NCBI RefSeq assembly: GCF_058153355.1
Contig: NZ_CM177019.1
Length of the DNA: 64,000 nt
Reading direction: 5' to 3' (one strand)
A program made the translations under genes and the position numbers. Below are positions 51,534 through 64,000 of the stretch, piece after piece. The first letter of the stretch is position 1; every line of letters starts with the position of its first letter. Below the pieces are notes generated by a model. The model did not search any database and had not been told where the DNA came from. It worked only from the letters and a program-made list of their open reading frames with translations.

Positions 51534-52193
51534 ATGCCAGCTTTAGATTTGATTCGACCGTCGGTAACCGCCATGCGGGTGATAGCCTCTGTTAACGCCG
51601 AATTTGCGCGTGAACTGAAATTGCCGCCGCATATTCGTAGCCTCGGGCTGATTTCTGCTGATTCCGATGACGTCACCTACATTGCGGCTGACGAAGCGAC
51701 CAAGCAGGCGATGGTTGAAGTCGTGTATGGTCGCTCGCTGTATGCGGGAGCTGCACACGGGCCGTCACCGACTGCCGGTGAAGTGCTGATTATGCTCGGG
51801 GGGCCAAACCCGGCGGAAGTGCGTGCCGGTCTGGATGCGATGGTTGCGCATATTGAAAATGGCGCTGCTTTCCAGTGGGCTAATGATGCAGAAAACACAG
51901 CCTTCCTGGCGCATGTCGTTTCGCGTACCGGCTCTTATCTCTCATCAACCGCCGGGATCACGCTTGGCGATCCGCTGGCGTATCTGGTGGCACCGCCGCT
52001 GGAAGCGACTTACGGCATTGATGCAGCGTTGAAATCTGCCGACGTGCAACTGGTGACCTATGTACCGCCACCGTCTGAAACCAACTACTCGGCAGCATTT
52101 TTAACCGGTAGCCAGGCCGCGTGTAAAGCAGCCTGTAACGCCTTTACCGATGCAGTGCTGGAAATCGCGCGTAATCCAATCCAGCGTGCGTAA
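51534..52193 (+). CDS. eutL: Ethanolamine microcompartment shell protein EutL (tandem BMC)
   Basis: 219-aa ORF. Confidence 0.9.
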   Translation: MPALDLIRPSVTAMRVIASVNAEFARELKLPPHIRSLGLISADSDDVTYIAADEATKQAMVEVVYGRSLYAGAAHGPSPTAGEVLIMLGGPNPAEVRAGLDAMVAHIENGAAFQWANDAENTAFLAHVVSRTGSYLSSTAGITLGDPLAYLVAPPLEATYGIDAALKSADVQLVTYVPPPSETNYSAAFLTGSQAACKAACNAFTDAVLEIARNPIQRA

Positions 52194-52205
52194 CGGAGGT
52201 TGCCG

Positions 52206-52706
52206 ATGATCAATGCACTGGGATTGCTGGAAGTGGACGGCATGGTCGCCGCGATAGATGCAGCTGATGCCATGCTCAAAGCAGCTAACGTTCGTCTGCT
52301 CAGTCACGAAGTGCTTGACCCTGGTCGCCTAACGCTGGTGGTGGAAGGCGATCTGGCGGCGTGTCGTGCGGCGCTGGACGCAGGTTGTGCTGCCGCGATG
52401 CGTACCGGGCGTGTCATCAGCCGTAAGGAGATCGGTCGGCCAGACGATGACACCCAGTGGCTGGTTACTGGCTTTAACCGCCAGCCGAAGCAACCCGTAA
52501 AGGAACCCGACGCGCCAGTTATCGTCGCGGAATCTGCTGACGAGTTGTTGGCGCTGTTAACATCAGTACGTCAGGGAATGACGGCAGGAGAAGTGGCTGC
52601 CCACTTTGGCTGGCCGCTGGAAAAAGCCAGAAATGCGCTCGAACAGCTCTTTTCTGCCGGGACGTTACGTAAACGCAGTAGTCGTTATCGTCTCAAGCCC
52701 CATTAA
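52206..52706 (+). CDS. eutK: Ethanolamine microcompartment shell protein EutK
   Basis: BMC domain plus C-terminal helix-turn-helix-like tail; start may be 2 codons upstream (52200). Confidence 0.88.
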   Translation: MINALGLLEVDGMVAAIDAADAMLKAANVRLLSHEVLDPGRLTLVVEGDLAACRAALDAGCAAAMRTGRVISRKEIGRPDDDTQWLVTGFNRQPKQPVKEPDAPVIVAESADELLALLTSVRQGMTAGEVAAHFGWPLEKARNALEQLFSAGTLRKRSSRYRLKPH

Positions 52707-52751
52707 CCTGTCGGAGGTGCCGGGTGTCCTACAACACCCGGCATTAACATC

Positions 52752-53804
52752 ATGAAAAAGACCCGTACAGCTAATTTGCACCATCTTTATCATGAACCCT
52801 TACCCGAAAACCTGAAGCTAACGCCGAAGGTCGAAGTGGATAATGTTCATCAACGGCAAACAACGGATGTCTATGAACATGCTTTGACGATTACCGCCTG
52901 GCAGCAGATTTACGATCAGCTGCATCCGGGCAAATTTCATGGTGAATTTACGGAAATTCTGCTCGATGATATTCAGGTTTTCCGTGAATACACGGGGCTG
53001 GCGCTGCGTCAGTCGTGCCTGGTCTGGCCGAATTCGTTCTGGTTTGGCATTCCGGCGACGCGCGGTGAGCAGGGATTTATCGGTTCGCAATGTCTGGGAA
53101 GCGCAGAAATAGCGACGCGCCCTGGTGGAACCGAGTTTGAATTAAGTACGCCGGACGATTACACGATCCTTGGCGTGGTGCTTTCTGAAGATGTCATCAC
53201 CCGGCAGGCTAACTTTTTGCATAACCCGGAAAGGGTGCTGCATATGTTACGTAACCAGTCGGCGCTGGAAGTGAAAGAGCAGCATAAAGCCGCGCTGTGG
53301 GGCTTTGTCCAACAGGCTCTGGCGACATTTTGCGAGAACCCGGAAAATCTCCATCAGCCTGCAGTGCGAAAAGTGCTGGGGGATAATTTGCTAATGGCGA
53401 TGGGGGCGATGCTGGAAGAAGCGCAGCCAATGGTGACGGTGGAAAGCATCAGTCATCAGAGTTACCGTCGGTTGCTTTCCCGCGCCCGTGAATATGTGCT
53501 GGAAAACATGTCCGAACCGGTGACGGTGCTGGACTTGTGTAATCAACTGCACGTCAGTCGCCGCACCTTGCAAAACGCATTTCACGCTATTTTGGGCATT
53601 GGCCCGAATGCGTGGCTGAAACGCATTCGCCTGAACGCCGTGCGCCGTGAACTGATTAGCCCGTGGTCGCAAAGTATGACGGTAAAAGACGCCGCCATGC
53701 AGTGGGGATTCTGGCATCTTGGGCAGTTTGCCACGGATTATCAGCAATTGTTTGCAGAAAAGCCTTCACTGACGCTGCATCAGCGGATGCAGGAACTGGA
53801 GTGA
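52752..53804 (+). CDS. eutR: AraC-family transcriptional activator EutR
   Basis: 350-aa ORF with C-terminal AraC helix-turn-helix. Confidence 0.9.
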   Translation: MKKTRTANLHHLYHEPLPENLKLTPKVEVDNVHQRQTTDVYEHALTITAWQQIYDQLHPGKFHGEFTEILLDDIQVFREYTGLALRQSCLVWPNSFWFGIPATRGEQGFIGSQCLGSAEIATRPGGTEFELSTPDDYTILGVVLSEDVITRQANFLHNPERVLHMLRNQSALEVKEQHKAALWGFVQQALATFCENPENLHQPAVRKVLGDNLLMAMGAMLEEAQPMVTVESISHQSYRRLLSRAREYVLENMSEPVTVLDLCNQLHVSRRTLQNAFHAILGIGPNAWLKRIRLNAVRRELISPWSQSMTVKDAAMQWGFWHLGQFATDYQQLFAEKPSLTLHQRMQELE

Positions 53805-53880
53805 GGGTGAGGGCCGGATGAGGATGGTGTTTGATCCGGTCCATAGTGAAGTTACAAATTACGTTGAATTGCTATGTATT

Positions 53881-54198
53881 TTATTGCCCAACGGGATAGG
53901 CGATAAACAAACCGACAATTGTCAAAATACACGCCAGCAGGAATACCAACATACAATTTACGCGCTTTCGCGAAATTTTAAATAAATAGCAAAATAGTGT
54001 TGTTACCACGATCACTACCGGGATAGTCATAAAATTAATAACGATGAGTGCTATCAATCCAAAACTTGCTCCTCCACCGTGGGGAATAAAAATGTGTTCT
54101 TCAAAATAAACTTCTATAGCAAATGCCAGCACACATCCCAGAAAACTCATATCCAGATGAGGGTGCCATTTACTTTCTTTATGTGATGTGTCTGACAT
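53881..54198 (-). CDS. Small hydrophobic membrane protein (accessory islet gene 2)
   Basis: 105-aa ORF with about 3 predicted TM segments; locally very AT-rich; 40 bp downstream of the 54239-55501 gene on the same strand. Confidence 0.55.
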   Translation of the reverse strand: MSDTSHKESKWHPHLDMSFLGCVLAFAIEVYFEEHIFIPHGGGASFGLIALIVINFMTIPVVIVVTTLFCYLFKISRKRVNCMLVFLLACILTIVGLFIAYPVGQ

Positions 54199-54238
54199 TC
54201 TTAAATGCTCCCGTGAGCAAACTGGCGCAAAATAATTT

Positions 54239-55501
54239 CTAAGATTGCTGATAAGACGTCGCTGTTGTCCGGCACTCCGGGCAGATAAACGCGTAAATTA
54301 TCCCTTCGCCGTATTGTTCAATATCGGCATAATCCAGTTGCGCAAGAAACATCATTGTGTGGGAACATTGCGGACAGAGAGGATATTCCGCGTCCTGAAT
54401 CCAGGTTGGATGCCCGCCAAGTTGCGAGAAAGAGACAGGTAAAAATGGGTCTGCGGCAAATAACGGTGACCTAAGGTTTCCCTGTCTCATGCTGTTTACA
54501 GGGAGTCGACGCCATTCCGATACATCATCCGGCAGCCAGGCAGGCGGGATATTTTTTGCAGACAAATGAGCGTTACCCTTTGAGTCCATGTAGCCGAAAA
54601 TGGTGCTGTAGGCGGTGCAACATTCGCAAGTCACGACGCGAAAACTGCCGTTATCGCTAAGACCCGTTGCCTTCAGGTCAACGTCGAAAAGATTTGTTAG
54701 TGGCAATGCGCAATTTGGACAGGTATCGTTGCGTTCATCAACAACACGCAAAGCTTCGCAAGACCCGGTGCTTTTCATCTCCAGATGAAAACATTGAGGA
54801 AAATAGAGATTACGCCTTTGATCTTCAGCGGTTAACTCCCAACCGGCCTCATGCGCATATTCTTCAGGCTCGATGTAAAGGGAGCTGCGCCACGGCGGTG
54901 GGCTATTGCGCCAGTGGGCAAAACGTTCAACGACAACGTCATCCCCAATCCATGCCAGACATTGCAGAATACAATTTCTGTTTTCTGCATCATCCTCAAC
55001 CCGTTCTAACAGCCTGTCGCGTACATCTGTGGGGGCGCGGTGGAAAGGCATATAAGAATCATTGTCCAAATCATCGTAAGAGATCCATTCTCTGAAATAG
55101 GCATTCAGATTCGCCTGGGTAAATGCCGCCAGACAAAGGCAAATCTCCTGAGCGAGCTTATATTCACCAGATGCAAAGCGTTCTGTGGCGTAATCAGCCA
55201 TCAGCTGCGCTTGATCGGTGGTCAGTTGTTGATACAGGGCATCTGTGGGAACGGGGCAGGGAGTCCAGTCGATTAACGCATCGAATTTCCGCGGTTGGTG
55301 AATTAATTTCAGCATGACAACCGGATCGCTTAACCCTGCAAACGCATTCACGATCTTTTTGTTTTTCTTGATATATTCGTCGTGCTCACGTTGCTGTTGG
55401 GCCTGCTCGCAGGGCATGCAGTATCCGTTAGTACGCGCTGCGGTTTCCGGAAGAATGGTTGATATACAAGCGGGGCTTTTACAGGGAATACGGTGAGTCA
55501 T
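54239..55501 (-). CDS. Hypothetical protein with N- and C-terminal CxxC zinc-ribbon motifs; C-terminus resembles DUF1963/YwqG family
   Basis: 420-aa ORF with GGAG Shine-Dalgarno 8 nt upstream; motifs CKSPAC...CMPC and LCPQCSHTMMFLAQLDY...FICPECR; C-terminal GGHPTWIQD...P.C..C...M.F.AQL recalled as a DUF1963 signature. Not in the K-12 eutR-hemF interval as I recall it. Confidence 0.6.
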   Translation of the reverse strand: MTHRIPCKSPACISTILPETAARTNGYCMPCEQAQQQREHDEYIKKNKKIVNAFAGLSDPVVMLKLIHQPRKFDALIDWTPCPVPTDALYQQLTTDQAQLMADYATERFASGEYKLAQEICLCLAAFTQANLNAYFREWISYDDLDNDSYMPFHRAPTDVRDRLLERVEDDAENRNCILQCLAWIGDDVVVERFAHWRNSPPPWRSSLYIEPEEYAHEAGWELTAEDQRRNLYFPQCFHLEMKSTGSCEALRVVDERNDTCPNCALPLTNLFDVDLKATGLSDNGSFRVVTCECCTAYSTIFGYMDSKGNAHLSAKNIPPAWLPDDVSEWRRLPVNSMRQGNLRSPLFAADPFLPVSFSQLGGHPTWIQDAEYPLCPQCSHTMMFLAQLDYADIEQYGEGIIYAFICPECRTTATSYQQS

Positions 55502-55639
55502 AGAGGCGCTCCTTGCCTGAGGATATTAAGTCGAAAGAGATTATTATTAGATATTAGGGTGTCACTATGGCACACAAATTAAAACAGCATTAATTTTATG
55601 CCACCAACCGAGGGTTATTTTTCTTTTATTTTCATGATA

Positions 55640-56542
<903 letters not shown>

Positions 56543-57412
56543 TTACCGCTTTCTCGAGTGTGCTTTCTGGTTGTCAAACCAGTGAAAATAACTGATCACG
56601 CCTTCGGCAATCGCTGTGGCGATTTTCTGGCGAAATGCCGCCGTGCCTAACAGCCGCTCTTCTTCCGGGTTGGTGATAAATGAGGTTTCCACCAGCACCG
56701 AAGGAACCGACGGCGATTTCAACACCACAAACGCGGCTTGTTCGGTGTTGCGGCTGTGCAGTTTATGCACCGGCTTAATCTTCTTCAGAATATGCGAGCC
56801 GAGCGTCAGGCTGTTTTTAATAGTATCGGTTTGCACCAGATCAAACAGCACTTGCTGCAATAGGTGATCCTTGTCAGTCGCCTTTTTACCGGCAACTTCA
56901 TCGGCGCGGTTTTCGCGTTCAGACAGGTATTTCGCCATTGCGCTACTTGCCCCACGGTTAGAGAGAGCAAATACCGAAGCACCGGCAGCTTTCGGGTTGG
57001 TAAAGCCATCGGCATGAATTGACATAAACAGATCTGCGCCATGTTTATGGGCGATTTCAACGCGATCGTACAGCGGGATAAACGTATCGCCAGAACGCGT
57101 TAAACGCGCATCAATGCCATGATTACGCAAAATGGAACGGACGTTTTTGGCAATCGCCAGCACCACATGTTTTTCTTTCGATCCATTGCGACCAATCGCT
57201 CCGGTATCAATTCCGCCGTGGCCTGGATCGAGAACAACGACACGTTTGCCGCCGCTTTTTTTGGCTTTCGGCTTACTGTGTCCGTTACTGGTTTTTAAAG
57301 GTTCTTCTTTGGCGATGGCTTGCGACATTCCTGACAACGTCAGGGCAGCCAATCCGGCTTTCAGCACCTGGCGGCGCGAAGTGAGTGTTTTTAGTGGTTT
57401 AAAAGTGCTCAT
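56543..57412 (-). CDS. amiA: N-acetylmuramoyl-L-alanine amidase AmiA
   Basis: 289-aa ORF with Tat-type signal (SRRQVLKAGLAALTL); directly upstream of hemF. Confidence 0.92.
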   Translation of the reverse strand: MSTFKPLKTLTSRRQVLKAGLAALTLSGMSQAIAKEEPLKTSNGHSKPKAKKSGGKRVVVLDPGHGGIDTGAIGRNGSKEKHVVLAIAKNVRSILRNHGIDARLTRSGDTFIPLYDRVEIAHKHGADLFMSIHADGFTNPKAAGASVFALSNRGASSAMAKYLSERENRADEVAGKKATDKDHLLQQVLFDLVQTDTIKNSLTLGSHILKKIKPVHKLHSRNTEQAAFVVLKSPSVPSVLVETSFITNPEEERLLGTAAFRQKIATAIAEGVISYFHWFDNQKAHSRKR

Positions 57413-57625
57413 ACGGCCTGAGTTGTAATAATAAAGTTCCAGATGTTATATCGTATCGCGTAATCCGTTACGACCGTTTGCTGTTGAGAATTGTTTTACT
57501 TTTCATTTCAATAGTTGACAACTCCCCATTATGCCACTTTTTCAACCGATTTTCGTCAGATATTGGCTAATTCGACCGTTCACGCCATAATCAGCCTTTT
57601 AACCCGCAAAAAGGTAACGAATACC

Positions 57626-58051
57626 ATGGAGATACGCGTATTTCGCCAGGAAGATTTCGAAGAGGTCATCACCCTTTGGGAGCGTTGCGACTTGCTGCGT
57701 CCGTGGAACGATCCGGAAATGGACATCGAGCGCAAAATGAACCATGACGTCAGTCTGTTTCTGGTCGCTGAGGTAAACGGTGAAGTGGTCGGAACGGTGA
57801 TGGGCGGTTATGACGGGCATCGCGGGTCTGCTTATTATCTTGGCGTGCATCCAGAGTTTCGTGGGCGTGGGATTGCTAATGCGTTGCTTAATCGGCTGGA
57901 GAAAAAGCTGATTGCTCGCGGCTGCCCGAAAATTCAGATCAATGTGCCGGAAGATAACGACATGGTGCTCGGAATGTATGAACGCCTTGGATATGAACAC
58001 GCCGACGTGCTGAGTCTGGGCAAGCGTTTGATTGAAGATGAAGAGTACTGA
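57626..58051 (+). CDS. ypeA: GNAT acetyltransferase YpeA
   Basis: [29 protein letters not shown]..., 141 aa. Confidence 0.88.
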
Positions 58052-58487
58052 GTTTCATCCTGCCCATTATGATGCGCACGGACGCCTGCGTTTACCTTTT
58101 CTCTTCTGGCTTGTGCTGTTGCTTCAGGCGCGAACCTGGGTGCTGTTTGTCATTGCCGGTGCGTCGCGCGAGCAGGGTACTGCGCTGCTAAATCTGTTTT
58201 ATCCCGATCACGATAATTTCTGGCTGGGGTTGATTCCCGGTATTCCGGCGGTGCTGGCGTTTTTGCTGAGTGGTCGGCGGGCTTCATTTCCCCGTATCTG
58301 GCATGTGCTCTATTTTCTGTTGCTGTTGGCGCAGGTGGTTTTACTTTGCTGGCAACCGTGGCTGTGGCTGAACGGTGAATCCGTTAGCGGTATCGGTCTG
58401 GCGCTGGTAGTGGCGGATATTGTGGCGTTAATCTGGCTGCTGACCAATCGACGTTTACGCGCTTGTTTTAATGAAGAAAAAGAATAA
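58038..58487 (+). CDS. yfeZ: Inner-membrane protein YfeZ
   Basis: ~149-aa hydrophobic ORF overlapping the ypeA 3' end. Confidence 0.85.
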
Positions 58488-58547
58488 CGGCACTTTTTGG
58501 TGAATTTGCACTCCAAGCAACGTTATTGAATAACCAAAGGAAGTGAC

Positions 58548-59123
58548 ATGAAATCGCTGCGTTTAATGTTATGCGCTATGCCGTTGATGCTGACCGGCTG
58601 TTCAACGATGTCGTCAGTTAACTGGTCTGCCGCTAATCCGTGGAACTGGTTTGGGTCGTCCACCAAAGTGAGCGAGCAGGGCGTGGGTGAATTAACGGCG
58701 TCCACACCACTGCAAGAACAAGCTATTGCCGATGCGCTTGATGGTGATTATCGCCTGCGCAGCGGAATGAAAACCGCGAACGGCAACGTGGTGCGCTTTT
58801 TTGAATTGATGAAAGGCGACAACGTGGCGATGGTAATTAACGGCGATCAGGGCACGATCAGCCGCATTGATGTGCTGGATAGCGATATTCCTGCTGACAC
58901 CGGTGTTAAAATCGGTACACCGTTTAGCGACCTTTACAGCAAAGCATTTGGCAATTGCCAAAAAGCTGATGGTGATGATAATCGTGCCGTCGAATGTAAA
59001 GCTGAAGGCAGTCAACATATTAGCTACCAGTTCAGCGGGGAATGGAGTGGTCCTGAAGGGTTAATGCCTTCGGACGATACCTTGAAAAACTGGAAAGTCA
59101 GTAAAATTATCTGGCGGCGTTAA
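58548..59123 (+). CDS. yfeY: Lipoprotein YfeY
   Basis: 191-aa ORF with lipoprotein signal MKSLRLMLCAMPLMLTGC. Confidence 0.88.
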   Translation: MKSLRLMLCAMPLMLTGCSTMSSVNWSAANPWNWFGSSTKVSEQGVGELTASTPLQEQAIADALDGDYRLRSGMKTANGNVVRFFELMKGDNVAMVINGDQGTISRIDVLDSDIPADTGVKIGTPFSDLYSKAFGNCQKADGDDNRAVECKAEGSQHISYQFSGEWSGPEGLMPSDDTLKNWKVSKIIWRR

Positions 59124-59134
59124 TTTGCGTCTGA

Positions 59135-60118
<984 letters not shown>

Positions 60119-60138
60119 GCGCTTCTGATTCAATGATT

Positions 60139-60175
60139 AAAGGCCAGCCAGTAACACAACTGGCTGGCCTTTTTA
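60139..60175. terminator. Bidirectional terminator between yfeX and yfeW
   Basis: AAAGGCCAGCCAG-taacacaa-CTGGCTGGCCTTTTT perfect hairpin with flanking A and T tracts. Confidence 0.8.
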
Positions 60176-61480
60176 TTACTTCTGCTTTAACGCCGCATAC
60201 ACCTGATCCACCACCCAACCATAAGTTGCAATCGGTAACTGACCGCTTTCGAACATATTGGGATTCTTTTGTGGATCGGCAACTGGCGAATGTGGCTTGT
60301 TGCTTAACATCACAATCGCCATATGATTGACCGGATCGATAACGGTCACCGTCCCGGTCCAGCCCGTGTGACCGTAGGTTTGCGGGCTTGCCAGCGTGCC
60401 AAACGTCGGTGTCATGGTGGCATTACCATTCACGCGCCAGCCAAGGCCAAAAGTGGCGTCTTCCTTAGAGCTGGTGGTGAACATCTTCACCGTTTCCGCA
60501 CTGAACAGCTGCACATCGCCATAGCCGCCGCCGTTCAGCATCGTTTGCATTAACACCGCAATATCGCCGGTATTGGAAAACAAACCTGCGTGCCCGGAAA
60601 CGCCGCCCATCGAATAGAATGCTTTTTCATCGTGCACCTGACCCCAGAGAGTGGAGGTGCGGATATTCGGGAAGTGAATCACGCCATCGCGGGTATTGCC
60701 GTTCAGTTCCGTGGCGGCAATTTGCTGTGGTTTAAAGCCTTTCAGCAGCGGATTAAACACCGTATGCGTCAGGCCGAGCGGGCGATAAATCGACTCTTCA
60801 ACATAGCGGTCAAGCGGCTGACCAGTAACTGACTCGACGATAAATCCAAGCAGCATATAATCGACATCGCTGTAGATATGTTTGCTGCCGGGCTGATATT
60901 CCAGCGGCGTGCGCTTGATCATTTCCAGCGTCTGGCCTTTATCCTGGGAATATAACGCGCCCGCGACGGCTTTATTTGGGTATTGCGGGTCCGCCGGGAA
61001 ACCGCCGCTGTGATGCAGCAGATCAGAAATCCGCAACGTGTTTTTGCCTTTGATGGTGTCATTTGGACTGTCGGCAAATCCCGGAATATATTTCGCAATC
61101 CGATCGTCAGGATGTAGTTTGCCTTCGCTCATTAGCTTTTGTAGGGCGAAGTTAGTGGCGTACATTTTTGTGTTTGAGGCCAGGTCATACAGCGTCTCGG
61201 TGGTTGCTTTTACTGGCTGCTTCATTAACACGCTGCCATCGTACTTTTTCGCCGCGCCCCAGGCTTTGCGATACACAATCTGATTATCTTTAATGATCAG
61301 CAGGTTAACGCCGGGATAACCGGCATCAACTTGCTGGCTAATCCAGCGATCCATCTGGTTAAGCCGTTCCACATTGAACCCTGCTTTCTCTGGCGAACTT
61401 TCTGTCAGAACAGGGTATTCTGCGGCGCTGACGCTACAGCTGACAGCCAGCAGAGAAAAATAGAGCATTGTCCGTTTCAT
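60176..61480 (-). CDS. yfeW: Penicillin-binding protein 4B (beta-lactamase-fold) YfeW
   Basis: 434-aa ORF with signal peptide and SxxK-type serine hydrolase region. Confidence 0.88.
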   Translation of the reverse strand: MKRTMLYFSLLAVSCSVSAAEYPVLTESSPEKAGFNVERLNQMDRWISQQVDAGYPGVNLLIIKDNQIVYRKAWGAAKKYDGSVLMKQPVKATTETLYDLASNTKMYATNFALQKLMSEGKLHPDDRIAKYIPGFADSPNDTIKGKNTLRISDLLHHSGGFPADPQYPNKAVAGALYSQDKGQTLEMIKRTPLEYQPGSKHIYSDVDYMLLGFIVESVTGQPLDRYVEESIYRPLGLTHTVFNPLLKGFKPQQIAATELNGNTRDGVIHFPNIRTSTLWGQVHDEKAFYSMGGVSGHAGLFSNTGDIAVLMQTMLNGGGYGDVQLFSAETVKMFTTSSKEDATFGLGWRVNGNATMTPTFGTLASPQTYGHTGWTGTVTVIDPVNHMAIVMLSNKPHSPVADPQKNPNMFESGQLPIATYGWVVDQVYAALKQK

Positions 61481-61482
61481 AA

Positions 61483-62907
<1,425 letters not shown>

Positions 62908-62910
62908 GGG

Positions 62911-63807
62911 TTATTCCTTGTCTAAAACCTGACGAATAAAGCCGCCGTGTTGATCCAGGCGTTTTTTTGCTTCTGCGGCATCGAGATTTTTCAGCACCAT
63001 CACAATGGCCGTTTTGCAGTTGCGCTCGCAAGCAATTAACGCCGCTTCCGCTTGTTCGGCGTTACATCCGGTGGCGTTTTTAACGATATTGACCTGGCGC
63101 ACATGCAATTTTTCGTTGGTGGCGACCACATCGACCATCAGGTTGCCGAACACTTTGCCGGATTTAATCATCAGCCCAGTAGAAAGCATATTGAGCACCA
63201 GTTTCTGCGCTGTGCCTGCTTTCATTCGCGAAGAACCGGTAACCACTTCGGCACCAACCACCGGAGTAATAGCAAACTCAGCGGTGGTTGAAACGGCGCT
63301 CCCCGGATTACAGGAAATGCCCACTGTGCGGCAACCGAGTTGGCGTGCGTATTCCAGCCCGGCAATCACATACGGTGTGCGACCGCTGGCAGCAATACCA
63401 ACCACTACATCCTGTGTGGTTAAGCCGATATTTTTTAGATCGTTAACGCCACCTTCCCGGCTATCTTCTGCGCCTTCCACCGCGTGCTGAATGGCATATT
63501 CACCGCCAGCAATCAAACCAACCACCAGGCCCGGTTTGACGCCGTAGGTCGGCGGACATTCGCTGGCATCAAGAATACCCAGACGACCGGAAGTCCCCGC
63601 ACCGATGTAAATCAGTCGACCGCCGCCGCTTACCTGGGCGTGGATAACATCGATCGCTGCGGCGATATCCGGCAGTACACGCTCAACGGCAAGTGGTACG
63701 GTTTTATCTTCATCGTTGATAATCCGGCACATTTCCAGCGTTGATACGCGGTCAATTTCAGCCGAAGCGGCATTCGAGCCTTCGGTAATCATCTTTTCAA
63801 GTTGCAT
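62911..63807 (-). CDS. murQ: N-acetylmuramic acid 6-phosphate etherase
   Basis: 298-aa SIS-domain ORF. Confidence 0.9.
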   Translation of the reverse strand: MQLEKMITEGSNAASAEIDRVSTLEMCRIINDEDKTVPLAVERVLPDIAAAIDVIHAQVSGGGRLIYIGAGTSGRLGILDASECPPTYGVKPGLVVGLIAGGEYAIQHAVEGAEDSREGGVNDLKNIGLTTQDVVVGIAASGRTPYVIAGLEYARQLGCRTVGISCNPGSAVSTTAEFAITPVVGAEVVTGSSRMKAGTAQKLVLNMLSTGLMIKSGKVFGNLMVDVVATNEKLHVRQVNIVKNATGCNAEQAEAALIACERNCKTAIVMVLKNLDAAEAKKRLDQHGGFIRQVLDKE

Positions 63808-63970
63808 CGGTGGTGACCTTACTATTTACGATCAAATAATTGCAGATGGATGGAATCATATATCCCGAATTGACAGACTTAAAGGAATCATTGAGTCTAC
63901 ACTCGCAGAGTGTGAAGAGCGTCATAAGAACTTAAGCGGAATTTTTGCTGCCAGCCCAGGAGAGTGGAAG

Positions 63971-64000
63971 ATGTTGTACCTGACGAAAATACGCAATGCA
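63971..64000 (+). CDS. murR: MurR transcriptional regulator, first 10 codons (continues beyond window end)
   Basis: ATG at 63971 gives MLYLTKIRNA, divergent from murQ; too short to be certain. Confidence 0.5.
   Translation, partial: MLYLTKIRNA

Overview
Enterobacterial (Escherichia coli-like) chromosomal segment, almost entirely conserved core genes, from a strain that is not K-12-like in three places. Gene order: hyfR' (partial) and the hydrogenase-4 operon hyfJIHGFEDCBA (minus strand), bcp, gcvR, dapA-bamC, purC, ypfJ, tmcA, ypfH (carrying an in-frame amber codon), ypfN, dapE, yffB, ypfM, acrD, narQ, aegA, nudK, ypfG, tktB-talA, maeB, an uninterrupted 17-gene ethanolamine-utilisation operon eutSPQTDMNEJGHABCLKR, hemF-amiA, ypeA, yfeZ, yfeY, yfeX, yfeW, murP-murQ and the start of murR. 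The most interesting content is two sequence-identical ~1.28 kb IS110-family elements (IS621-like, 326-aa DEDD-type recombinase) in direct orientation 12.65 kb apart, each inserted into a REP sequence at a CT core without target duplication. Each carries a ~180-nt structured non-coding segment upstream of the recombinase that matches, from my memory, the IS621 bridge RNA, with a promoter split across the two element ends. Second, a two-gene AT-rich islet (zinc-ribbon/DUF1963-like protein plus small membrane protein) sits between eutR and hemF. No tRNA, rRNA or CRISPR array was seen. All gene identifications are from recall of protein sequences and synteny; no database search was run.
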